64,000 nucleotides of DNA from contig OY759316.1 of the NCBI GenBank assembly GCA_963662275.1, positions 224,001 through 288,000 on the forward strand, read 5' to 3'. Numbering within the stretch: position 1 is the stretch's first letter; each line of letters opens with the position of its first letter. Shown here piece by piece: positions 41,758-52,300 of the stretch. Below the pieces are notes generated by a model. The model searched no databases. It was not told the DNA's origin and saw nothing but the letters and a program-made list of their open reading frames with translations. This stretch comes from Candidatus Cloacimonadales bacterium. GTDB lineage: Bacteria > Cloacimonadota > Cloacimonadia > Cloacimonadales > DAONDQ01. A program made the translations under genes and the position numbers.

Positions 41758-44508
41758 TCATTTCAGCAATACCATCTTCTTCGTCAGTTTGCATGCAGGT
41801 GTATCCAGACGATACAGGTAAATACCGGAGGCAGCTTTCCTTCCTGCATCATCTTTGCCATTCCAGGCTGTATCATGCCTGCCTGTCGTTGTGATACCAT
41901 TGACAAGAGTACGTACCTTCTGACCTCTACAGTTATATATGGATAAATTGGCATGCATGTCTTTGGCGAGTGTGAAGGAGATATGAGTATCCGGATTGAA
42001 AGGATTTGGATAGTTTGCATCTAATTCAGTCTCTAATGGAATTAAGGGAGTTCCTTCGCCAGCTTTAAAAGAGAAATAGAGATAAGAATCAATATCCCTG
42101 AGATGAATTTTCCTTTTTTCAAAGACCATTTTATTCGGATTAAAGACTGTCCAGCTATTCTGCAACTTTGTACCACGATCTCCATAAGAGAATACGATTT
42201 CTATATCCGCTTCCGGATCAGACTTTGTTTCATCCAGTAAATATGCATTTATTTCAAGGGTATCACTATCCACTTTCGCAGCCCCTTTACATACCCCATC
42301 CACCATTATTCCAACTTCTACAGGTACGTCCTGCGGATCTAACTCCACAAACACAGGCAGATAATCCAGCTTCTCCTTATAAGTGAAAATCTCAGCTTTC
42401 TCTCGTATTACAGGCGGGAGGCTTGTTGACGGAATATTCCAGTACATTTGAGCAGGTGCATTGCTGAAAGCTTTCACAGCCACCATTTCACCACAGGATA
42501 ATGTGGGATGACCGACCGGAATTCCCCAGGCAGCGCCGGATTTGGGCATGATTCTGCGGGTTGCCCAGTTCCTGGTCTTAATCTCATACAGATAATCAAG
42601 ATAAGTATGGGTCAAATCCCCGGGAATATGTTTCTTAAAAGCATCCATCAGATTTTGTGTCTGCTCCGGGAACCAGCCCAGCCAATATTCTCTGACTGTA
42701 TTGGGATTGCTTGGAATTGTCAATGCCAGAGGAGTGGTATGAGCATCGGGATATAATCCGCTGATATTGAGCCGTTCAATATAGGGAGTATTGAATTGAA
42801 CTTTGAAACCAACAGGGGCATAGGCTCTATATTCTCCGTTTAGCCAAATTCCATTATAATTGAAGTTGTTTGGTTCAAGGTTATAATTCGACTGAGCAGA
42901 AACAAGAGAAGTATTAAAAGGCAAGGTATATTTCTGGAGAATTTTACCGATTTCGTTCTGATACTGATTATTTATATAAGTTCTATCATCCAATACTGGG
43001 AAGCTGCACCAGACTATGCTGCTGCTTCCATCTGGATTTAGCTGGAAATAATCCCTTGTTTTATGCACATAAGGAGGAATATTCTGATCTGCAAAAGGAT
43101 ATACTCCCATATCGGGAGGAGTTCCATACTCACCACTTAGAGGTGGATCATTATGACCAAGTGGTTTGCCTCCGTCTATACAGGGGCTTGGTCCATTGCT
43201 GTTCCAATTCAGATAATATGACTGAGTGCTATTGACATCGCCCAGTGTAATATTCGGGTCAGCCGCGATGTTACCATTACCTATAGTGAAATTGTTGCCA
43301 TTTGCGGGTATTCCATTTTGAAAGCAGGAATATGATATAGGGATTGGGAGAAACAAATTAGAAGGATTCCCATTATCATCTTCAATTTTAAAATCTACAG
43401 TATTGTGTGACATGATATTGCTATGAAACGAAGAAATAAGATTACTTCCAATTTGATCTGAATGCTGGTATATATGAATTGCTTTCTGACAATTTCGGAA
43501 TAAGGAATGTGAAATATTCAGATTTAAATTATGATTAAGATCTAAATCTGTATTTCTATTAATCATAATACCATCCAGATAATCGGATATCATATTATCT
43601 TCAAATTCTATATTCATCGGCTGCTCAAAACCTGGAGATTGAAATAGAATTGCGTAAGATTGACCGTTATTACCCCAAAACTGGTTATGGATAATACTTG
43701 AACTGCAGGTATCAATCAGAGTTGTACCTTTATTAAATATATTATTTTGGATAATAAGATTTTGGTTTATACCAATTCCTTTACACACTACCGAACCTTC
43801 TATATAATTGTCTTCAATCAGTAATGTCCCATCAAAATGAACACCATCATTGAATTGTAAAGATTCGGCGAACCAATCAGAATTCAATCTATAGAAACGA
43901 TTCCCAATAATTTGTTTGTGAACAGAATTTTGGTTAGAATATATACCTAATTGCCCGGAAGCAAGATTAAAAATATTTCCGGTTATTGCTGCGCTGCCTG
44001 GTAAATATCCAAAATCACTATTCATACATATTCCGTAGTGGCACGCATTAAATACATTTGCTATAATTGAGACAGAACCCATGTATTGCAAAAAAATGCC
44101 TGCATCCTCATTATTATGAATAAAATTTTCGAAAGTAAATCCCTGAATCGTTAAAGGGGCTGTAGTGTTACCTATAATATGAAATCCTAAAATGTTATCA
44201 TTAGAACCATCAATTATGCAATGCTCATTTCCATTTTCGCTTTCGATGGTTAAAGAATAAGTGCCAAAATTTGTCATATAAATTACAACACTCTCCGAAT
44301 AAATGCTATCTCTGACTATAACCAGTTGATTTTCTCTAACAGTAGAATCGAATATAACTGCCTGCCCGATTGTTTTAAAGGGATAACCAAAGGAACCATC
44401 CTGTTGATTTAAGGTAGTAGTCCCATCTACGTAAATTGTATGCACACCGTAGAGGAAAGAAAAAGAAAGGCATAGAATTAGTAAAACTATTACATGTGAT
44501 GTTTTCAT
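41758..44508 (-). CDS. Secreted beta-helix + CTD protein (allele B)
   Basis: Paralog of 18119-20872 with a divergent ~75-aa internal block. Confidence 0.85.
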   Translation of the reverse strand: MKTSHVIVLLILCLSFSFLYGVHTIYVDGTTTLNQQDGSFGYPFKTIGQAVIFDSTVRENQLVIVRDSIYSESVVIYMTNFGTYSLTIESENGNEHCIIDGSNDNILGFHIIGNTTAPLTIQGFTFENFIHNNEDAGIFLQYMGSVSIIANVFNACHYGICMNSDFGYLPGSAAITGNIFNLASGQLGIYSNQNSVHKQIIGNRFYRLNSDWFAESLQFNDGVHFDGTLLIEDNYIEGSVVCKGIGINQNLIIQNNIFNKGTTLIDTCSSSIIHNQFWGNNGQSYAILFQSPGFEQPMNIEFEDNMISDYLDGIMINRNTDLDLNHNLNLNISHSLFRNCQKAIHIYQHSDQIGSNLISSFHSNIMSHNTVDFKIEDDNGNPSNLFLPIPISYSCFQNGIPANGNNFTIGNGNIAADPNITLGDVNSTQSYYLNWNSNGPSPCIDGGKPLGHNDPPLSGEYGTPPDMGVYPFADQNIPPYVHKTRDYFQLNPDGSSSIVWCSFPVLDDRTYINNQYQNEIGKILQKYTLPFNTSLVSAQSNYNLEPNNFNYNGIWLNGEYRAYAPVGFKVQFNTPYIERLNISGLYPDAHTTPLALTIPSNPNTVREYWLGWFPEQTQNLMDAFKKHIPGDLTHTYLDYLYEIKTRNWATRRIMPKSGAAWGIPVGHPTLSCGEMVAVKAFSNAPAQMYWNIPSTSLPPVIREKAEIFTYKEKLDYLPVFVELDPQDVPVEVGIMVDGVCKGAAKVDSDTLEINAYLLDETKSDPEADIEIVFSYGDRGTKLQNSWTVFNPNKMVFEKRKIHLRDIDSYLYFSFKAGEGTPLIPLETELDANYPNPFNPDTHISFTLAKDMHANLSIYNCRGQKVRTLVNGITTTGRHDTAWNGKDDAGRKAASGIYLYRLDTPACKLTKKMVLLK

Positions 44509-44681
44509 AATGACCTCCTTAATTAATAATAGGTTAAAAGCAGATGTTTCAATGTCAAGATAAATATTTAGACGATAAGAAAAACCTTATATGTCCTCAT
44601 TCATCCTAACCATACTCGTGAATGGTTATTCATTACCATTAGTGTGGATTTTAAGCAAATGTTATAAATAACATTTCACGA

Positions 44682-46223
44682 TCAATCCACCTTCACCATC
44701 TTACCATTTATCTTCCGATGATTGTCAACCACGACCTGGTACAAATACAATCCTGACGGTACTTTTTTGCCCGATACATCTTTCCCATCCCATACAAAAT
44801 GCATATCAGCATCTAATTTATCAGGTGCACCCAACTTTCTTACCAGTTGCCCTTTCAAATTGTAAATAGAAGTGACAGCATTCCTGCTATTCCCCTTTAA
44901 AACAATTTCTGTGCTTCCCCTGAATGGATTAGGATAAGAATTGGCAGAACTGATCACAGGTATTACTAAGGGATCTGAAGACTCTGTTACCCTTTCTATG
45001 GCATATATTTTGATATCATGGTCTATGATATAGTAAATATAGTTCCCACCAGAGCATACATAATACTGGTAATCTGGAATTGTTGTAAACAATGTATCAA
45101 AGGAAGCCTGGATCGTCTGATCCTGTAAGTCTATGCAGGCAAATTTACGGATATTGTCTGCTGGTAAAGAAACTCCCACAATGTATCTAGCGCTAACCTG
45201 GAAAAGCCTTTGAACATTCGGGTAATCCATGGGAACCAAAAAAGGGAAATTCGTGTCTGTATTAAACTGATCATTGGCAAAATGATAGGTCTGATAGTAT
45301 GGAGCAGTATCATATGTCTCTATGCAAATGAAGCGTTGATCGCCAAGGGGAATACTATCGTATTGTATGGTAGGAGGTGGACCTAATTCAAAATCTGTAC
45401 TTAAGCCAACTAATCTGATTTGATTATTGTTGTATTCCACAAAACCAAAAATACTGGTTCTCACTAAACCGTCACTCCACCAGGCAGGATAAATCCCTCC
45501 ACCTATATTTGGCTGTGTGTTATTAATAATGTAAAAAGCATTCTGAATGTTATTGATGGGAGAAGTGATATTTCCATCAATGTCAATAACGCGATAAAAG
45601 TCATTGTTGTAGGAAACATAGATTAATAGATATTCATCTCCTAATAATGCCATTTTCATATTATCAGGGGATGTAAATGCTAAAGCGATTGATTGGTTGT
45701 CATTGATCAAATTCAAAGCATAGAGGTTGTTATCTGTCGAACTAACGTAGTAAACAGTATTGCCAAGTTGTTCTGCTTCTTCAGTCCAAACTTCAGTGTT
45801 GATACCATGATTCTCAAACACATGCACTGTAGGAATTGTGTTTAGTGCAACATCAGGAAGTTTAAAGATGAAGATTTGCTCGAGATTCTTTAGATATATG
45901 TAAGTGAAATAATCTTTTTGTATACTTTTTAAGAACATTGGTTCTATTTCAAAGGTAGAGGGACTATTGTAGGTGATCACGGGTTGAATTGCCGAGATAA
46001 CGCCTTGAGGAGAACAAACAACCTTTCGAATAGAAATACTGGCGCTATCGACAATCGTATCATAGAAAACAAGACTTCCATCGGATTCCACATTGGCAAA
46101 AACCTGGCTGAAGCCGGATACACTGAAAGGGGTTCCAGCAACAGGATTGATTTGTGCGACCGTGATCCGGGCATATAACCCGGTTGTGCAGATAAGGATT
46201 AGGACAATCAGGAATTGTTTCAT
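44682..46223 (-). CDS. Secreted CTD-bearing protein (copy 2)
   Basis: Translation identical to 22915-24456. Confidence 0.8.
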   Translation of the reverse strand: MKQFLIVLILICTTGLYARITVAQINPVAGTPFSVSGFSQVFANVESDGSLVFYDTIVDSASISIRKVVCSPQGVISAIQPVITYNSPSTFEIEPMFLKSIQKDYFTYIYLKNLEQIFIFKLPDVALNTIPTVHVFENHGINTEVWTEEAEQLGNTVYYVSSTDNNLYALNLINDNQSIALAFTSPDNMKMALLGDEYLLIYVSYNNDFYRVIDIDGNITSPINNIQNAFYIINNTQPNIGGGIYPAWWSDGLVRTSIFGFVEYNNNQIRLVGLSTDFELGPPPTIQYDSIPLGDQRFICIETYDTAPYYQTYHFANDQFNTDTNFPFLVPMDYPNVQRLFQVSARYIVGVSLPADNIRKFACIDLQDQTIQASFDTLFTTIPDYQYYVCSGGNYIYYIIDHDIKIYAIERVTESSDPLVIPVISSANSYPNPFRGSTEIVLKGNSRNAVTSIYNLKGQLVRKLGAPDKLDADMHFVWDGKDVSGKKVPSGLYLYQVVVDNHRKINGKMVKVD

Positions 46224-46465
46224 GCTAAACCTCCCTTGGCTGTACATGACTTAACGATAAGGGATGCATTAATTATTCCATTTCAAAGAGAGTTATCTTT
46301 ATAATAATATAAACAGCAAATATTATTACATAGTCAAGCTATAAGATTTTCTCCTGATAAAGAGACACCCAAGTTGGGTGTCTCTACAGTGAGATTTCAG
46401 GTACTTGACAAAATTGATGTCTAAATTCTGCTGGTTCATAGAAAAACATATTTAGAGAGGTTGAT

Positions 46466-48238
46466 ATGAACATGCGCTGGAGTCTTGATTCACTCTATAC
46501 ATCTTTTGATTCGGAAGCATTCCAGAATGATCTGACGAAAGTTGATAAAGTCATTGCTGACATGCAGAATTTTGTAAAAGAACATATTGAGCAGCAATCT
46601 GAACTGAACCCTACTGTGATACTCGACGAATACGTCCAGAAGATGAATTCAATGTCTGATTTCAGCAGAAGGCTGATGGGTTTTGCTTCTCTTTCTTCAT
46701 CGGTTGATACAAAAAATACTGATGCTCAGAAATACCAGGAAATGCTAAGCAAGAAGTTTGTGGAACTGACTGAGTCAGAAGTACGTTTTGAGAAATGGCT
46801 TTGCGAATTGAAAGATTTGGGGGCTGTCATAGCAGCTTCTCCACTGCTGGAAGAGCATCGATATCACTTGGAAAGAACTGTCAAATTGCACACTTACATG
46901 CTCAGTGAAAAAGAAGAAGTGATGGCTTCAAAACTGAAAAACACTGGTTCAACTGCGTGGACTCATCTTCAGAATGTTATGTCATCTACTTTGCTTGTGG
47001 AACTGGAATTGAATGGTAAAACACAGTCATACCCACTTCCTGTAATCCGCAATATGGCATATGACAGTAATCCTGAAACACGGAGAAAAGCTTATGAAGC
47101 TGAATTGAAGGCTTATGAGAAGATTGAGGAAGTTTCTGCTTCCTGCTTGAATGCTATTAAAGGTGAAGTCTTGACGATGAGCAAGATACGCGGGTATTCT
47201 TCTCCTCTCGAAAAAGGCTTACTCGATTCAGATATGGATAAGGAAACCTTGGATGCTATGCTGGCAGCGATGAAGGAAAGCCTTCCCTGGTTCAGGAAGT
47301 ATCTCCTGAAAAAGGCAGAAATTCTAGGTCATAAAGAAGGTCTACCATTCTATGATCTATTTGCTCCGATGGGTTCTATTGAAAAAAAATATACTTATGA
47401 GGAAGCCAGGGATTATGTCGTGGAGAATTTCCGTTCCTTCAATCCAGAACTGGCTGAGTTTGCTGACAAAGCATTCGAAGAGCAGTGGATCGATGCTGAA
47501 CCACGTCAAGGTAAGCGGGGAGGGGCTTTTTGCTCTGGACTGCATGGTTTGAAAGAATGTCGTATCCTGACTAACTTCAACGGTAACTTCAACGATGTGA
47601 CCACGTTGGCTCATGAATTGGGGCATGGATACCACGGTAAGTGCCTGTATAATGAAACCAGTTCAAATAGCGGTTATCCTATGCCTTTGGCTGAAACTGC
47701 ATCCACATTCTGTGAAACCATTGTTTTCCAGGCTGCTTTAAAAAAAGCAACTCCTGATGAAGCATTCACCTTACTGGAAACAAGTATCTCAGATGCAACT
47801 CAGATCATCGTTGATATCTACAGCCGTTACTTATTTGAAAGCAAGTTGTTCGAAATGCGTGAATCCAGTTCTCTTCCAGTAGCTGACTTAAAAAAGATTA
47901 TGTTGGAAGCACAGGAAGAAGCATACGGTGAAGGTTTACATAAAGATCTCAGGCATCCTTATATGTGGCTCAATAAACCACACTACTATTATGCCGGCAG
48001 TAACTTCTACAATTATCCCTATGCCTTCGGTCAACTCTTTGCCATAGGCTTATATGCTGAATATCTGAGGCGGGGAATGGAATTTGTTCCTGCGTATGAT
48101 GCGTTATTAAGAGCAACCGGTAAGAATGGAATAACGGATGTGGCAAAATCAGTTGGTATCAATGTGAATAGCATTGATTTCTGGAGAAGTTCACTGGATG
48201 TCATGAAAAAGGATATTGAGCATTTCCTGAGTTTGTAA
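46466..48238 (+). CDS. pepF: M3B oligoendopeptidase F family peptidase (copy 2)
   Basis: Translation identical to 24699-26471. Confidence 0.9.
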   Translation: MNMRWSLDSLYTSFDSEAFQNDLTKVDKVIADMQNFVKEHIEQQSELNPTVILDEYVQKMNSMSDFSRRLMGFASLSSSVDTKNTDAQKYQEMLSKKFVELTESEVRFEKWLCELKDLGAVIAASPLLEEHRYHLERTVKLHTYMLSEKEEVMASKLKNTGSTAWTHLQNVMSSTLLVELELNGKTQSYPLPVIRNMAYDSNPETRRKAYEAELKAYEKIEEVSASCLNAIKGEVLTMSKIRGYSSPLEKGLLDSDMDKETLDAMLAAMKESLPWFRKYLLKKAEILGHKEGLPFYDLFAPMGSIEKKYTYEEARDYVVENFRSFNPELAEFADKAFEEQWIDAEPRQGKRGGAFCSGLHGLKECRILTNFNGNFNDVTTLAHELGHGYHGKCLYNETSSNSGYPMPLAETASTFCETIVFQAALKKATPDEAFTLLETSISDATQIIVDIYSRYLFESKLFEMRESSSLPVADLKKIMLEAQEEAYGEGLHKDLRHPYMWLNKPHYYYAGSNFYNYPYAFGQLFAIGLYAEYLRRGMEFVPAYDALLRATGKNGITDVAKSVGINVNSIDFWRSSLDVMKKDIEHFLSL

Positions 48239-48275
48239 AGTAATGATCAGTAGATTATAAAACAGGGAGAAACAT

Positions 48276-48728
48276 ATGAAAAGAATCATCTTGATTACCC
48301 TTATAGTTGCTCTATTCACGACTTCTTTCTTATTTGCACAAACTCAACAGCAGAAAATGGACAAACGTGTGAAAATACTCATTGTACTACTCGATGGCAA
48401 ACCATCCTGGTTCAAGCAGTCGATCATTGATTCTCTAAAAATCTATTACAGGGTCGATACGATTGAAGCTAAAACACCACAGGAAGTCAGAGCCTTTGAA
48501 TATAAGGCTGTCATTATCATGGACCAGCTCAAAGCCTGGATGATGGGTAACGGGAAACTCAAGAGTTTCACGAAAGTTATGGATCCGAAGCATACGGTCT
48601 ATTTCGTCACTTCAGGTGATAAAAAATGGAAATGGAAAAAACAGGGGATCACTGCCATTACATCAGCTTCCACACCTGCGAAGATACCGGAAATTGTGAA
48701 GAATTTACAATTGAAGATTGAACGATAG
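48276..48728 (+). CDS. Exported hypothetical protein (copy 2)
   Basis: Translation identical to 26509-26961. Confidence 0.75.
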   Translation: MKRIILITLIVALFTTSFLFAQTQQQKMDKRVKILIVLLDGKPSWFKQSIIDSLKIYYRVDTIEAKTPQEVRAFEYKAVIIMDQLKAWMMGNGKLKSFTKVMDPKHTVYFVTSGDKKWKWKKQGITAITSASTPAKIPEIVKNLQLKIER

Positions 48729-49184
48729 AAGAAGGAGCAAGAGACCAGAGGCTAGGGAAGAATTGAAAATACGAAGTGCGAAGTGGATAACCACCAGGAA
48801 ATAAATCGACTTTCAAGTCTGTTCGCTTTTAATTTTAAATCTTTAATTTTTAATTCTCATATTTTCCCCGGAAAATATGAGATAGGTTTCATCTAGGCAT
48901 TATCTAGGGATCATCTAGGGATCATCTAGACTTTTTTAGTTTTTCTTAGGTTGATGCTTAGTTTTTTGTTATTTTCAAATTTCATGATCTTTCTTGAGGT
49001 TTATTTGGGGTTTGGTTTGCCCATAGATAAACAAACCAAAACATATCACATCGCAGATGTGAAATCCGATATGCAAACAGCATCAAATTCGACATCAGCT
49101 CGATAATACCTGTAAACCAGAGGAATATCTTATCAAAAATACAAAGATACTACACTCCTCATTCAACTAGTATCCTGACTTTTT

Positions 49185-49291
49185 TTATCCTTTCGTAAAG
49201 TACTCTCCTTTCAAGTATTTTTCTGTATTTTCCTTGTAGTAGGGTAGAATCCAATCTTGAGGCTTTTCTGCTAAATAATTCGGTTTCCAAT
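49185..49291 (-). pseudogene. 3' remnant of a diverged PLD-family gene
   Basis: Reads WKPNYLAEKPQDWILPYYKENTEKYLKGEYFTKG*, homologous to 27367-27472. Confidence 0.8.
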
Positions 49292-49305
49292 CCATGATAA
49301 ATTGT

Positions 49306-49343
49306 AAAAAAAACTAACCCCAATCTTCAGATCGGGGTTAGTT
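49306..49343 (-). terminator. Intrinsic terminator
   Basis: AACTAACCCC...GGGGTTAGTT stem with a T run on the minus strand, just after the stop at 49359. Confidence 0.8.
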
Positions 49344-49358
49344 ATTATCTTAGGTGAT

Positions 49359-52300
49359 TTACTTACTGGTGTTATTGGCTGTTACATGATAAAAACGATA
49401 ATCCAGACCGGATGTATCAACCCATGTTGTTGTAGTTGCATCAATGGTGGCAATTGGGGAACCCCATTCTGTTACAGTAGGATCGGTCACTGCATAAATA
49501 TTGTATGTCGTTGCCCCTAAAACCGTATCCCAGCTCACTTCAATTCCAGATTCCGTTTTTATAGCAGTTACATTATCCGGAGCTTGCAATTGGGTTTGAT
49601 CAGGTAGAGTTGTAAATGACCGAATCGAATTACTGGTGGAATTTCCATTCACATTGTGCGCTACTACTTTCCAATAATATGTCGTTGCATATGACAATGG
49701 AGAAGTAAAAGCAAATGATGAATCTGTAGGAGAACCCACTAGTGTCGTCGGGTCTGCATTCGTGTCACAATAGACGTAATAGACAGTTGCAGGAGTGCCT
49801 GCGGCTGCAGGTGACCACCTGAGAGTAGGCATACTGATAACAGTAGAAGCACTATCGGATGGAGAGACTAATGTGACAGGATTAGGTGGGGTCGGATCTG
49901 CCATTGTTGTAAATGAGCGAACTGTATTGCTAGTGGAATTACCATTTGCATTATGTGCCACGACTTTCCATTTATAGGTTGTGGAATAAGCCAGGGGGGT
50001 TGTGAATGTAAATGGTGATGCCGTGGGAGAACCAACCAAAGTAGTCGGATCTGTATTTGTATCACAATAGACATAATAGACCGTCGGGGTTGTACCTGTT
50101 CCAGCAGGAGTCCAACTGACTTGCGGTAGGATAATTTGACCTGTTGCACCTGCTGTTGGAGCCACTAATGTGACAGGATTAGGTGGGGTCGGATCTGCCA
50201 TCGTCGTAAATGAGCGAACTGTATTGCCTGTGGAATTACCATTTGCATTATGTGCTACGACTTTCCATTTATAGGTTGTGGAATAAGCCAGGGGGGTTGT
50301 GAATGTAAATGGTGATGCCGTGGGAGAACCAACCAAAGTAGTCGGGTCTGTATTTGTATCACAATAGACATAATAGACCGTCGGGGTTGTACCTGTTCCA
50401 GCAGGAGTCCAACTGACTTGCGGCAGGATAATTTGACCTGTAGCACCTGCTGTCGGAGCCACTAAAGTGACAGGATTAGGTGGAGTCGGATCTGCCATCG
50501 TCGAAAATGAGCGAACTGTATTGCTAGTGGAATTACCATTTGCATTATGTGCCACGACTTTCCATTTATAGGTTGTGGAATAAGCCAGGGGAGTTGTGAA
50601 TGTAAATGGTGATGCCGTGGGAGAACCAACCAAAGTAGTCGGATCTGTATTTGTATCACAATAGACATAATAGACCGTCGGGGTTGTACCTGTTCCAGCA
50701 GGAGTCCAACTGACTTGCGGTAGGATAATTTGACCTGTTGCACCTGCTGTTGGAGCCACTAATGTGACAGGATTAGGTGGGGTCGGATCTGCCATCGTGG
50801 TAAATGAGCGAACAGTATTGCCTGTGGAATTACCATTTGCATTATGTGCTACGACTTTCCATTTATAGGTTGTGGAATAAGCCAGGGGGGTTGTGAATGT
50901 AAATGGTGATGCCGTGGGAGAACCAACCAAAGTAGTCGGATCTGTATTTGTATCACAATAGACATAATAGACCGTCGGGGTTGTACCTGTTCCAGCAGGA
51001 GTCCAACTGACTTGCGGTAGGATAATTTGACCTGTTGCACCTGCTGTTGGAGCCACTAATGTGACAGGATTAGGTGGGGTCGGATCTGCCATCGTCGTAA
51101 ATGAGCGAACTGTATTGCCTGTGGAATTACCATTTGCATTATGTGCTACGACTTTCCATTTATAGGTTGTGGAATAAGCCAGGGGGGTTGTGAATGTAAA
51201 TGGTGATGCCGTGGGAGAACCAACTAAAGTAGTCGGGTCTGCATTAGTATCACAATAGACATAATAGACAGTCGGGGTGGTACCTGTTCCAGCAGGAGTC
51301 CAACTGACTTGTGGCAGGATAATTTGACCTGTAGCACCTGCTGTTGGAGCCACTAATGTGACAGGATTAGGTGGAGTCGGATCTGCCATCGTCGTAAATG
51401 AGCGAATTGAGTTTTCTGTAGAAGTACCATAGGCATTGTGCGCAACTACTTTCCAGTAGTATGTTGTAGAATAAGCCAGCGAAGTTGTGAATGTATATGG
51501 TGATGCTGTAGGAGAACCAACCAGGGTAGTCGGGTCTGTATTTGTATCACAATAAACGTAATAATCAGTCGCTGGTTCGCGGTTAATAAGTATTGAGAGT
51601 GAACGTTCATTAGGAGTACTAGTAAGTGAGCGTGATCTTAACGGTTTAACACCAGTACGATCATTGTCTGTCCAGCTAACTGTAGGTAAAAGTGTAATAC
51701 CTGTAGCGGTATTTGCTGGGGATACCAGAGTTACCGGGTTAGGTGGTGTTGGAGGTGGATAGTTGAAAGTAACAGTATTACTGGGTGAACTTTCACCTTC
51801 CGTATAAACGGTGGTCACTTGGTATGAGTAAGAACCATTTATCGTTGGTGTATCAGAGTAGCTAGTACCAGCTACTTCCGTAATTTTACGATAATAATCA
51901 GCATTGATTTTTCTCCAGACATTGTAATGATCAAAATGCAGAGATCTATCATCACGTGCTGACCAGTTCAAGGCAATTGAACCTACTGCGGGAGTGCAGG
52001 ATAATGTCGGTGGAGTAACAAGTAATTCTAAGGTAAAATTAGCTGTCTGGGTTGGATTGACATCCGACACAGTTTTCGACTGTGTGGATGGAGTTGTATA
52101 ATTAGTAAGAGTAGCTATTGTAGAATAAGTACCATTTGGCAAATAGATAGAATATGTCCCGTCAGAAGCCGGATGAGTTGCATACACACTGGCTTTCACC
52201 ACTGTATTTGTTATTGTGGGACTTGTTGGTGATAATGTGATCGTACCTGTGATTTTGCCTGTTTTAGTCACTACTCCAGAAATTACAACATTATCAATGA

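Larger units (their letters stand above)
36265..48997 (+). repeat. Segmental duplication, copy 2 (12733 bp, no IS)
   Basis: Direct comparison with 12576-27230. Confidence 0.97.

Noticed and set aside
49868..51040. Repeated short ORFs MQQVKLSYRK...
   Set aside because: They are alternate-frame shadows of the 297-bp repeat in the C25 gene.
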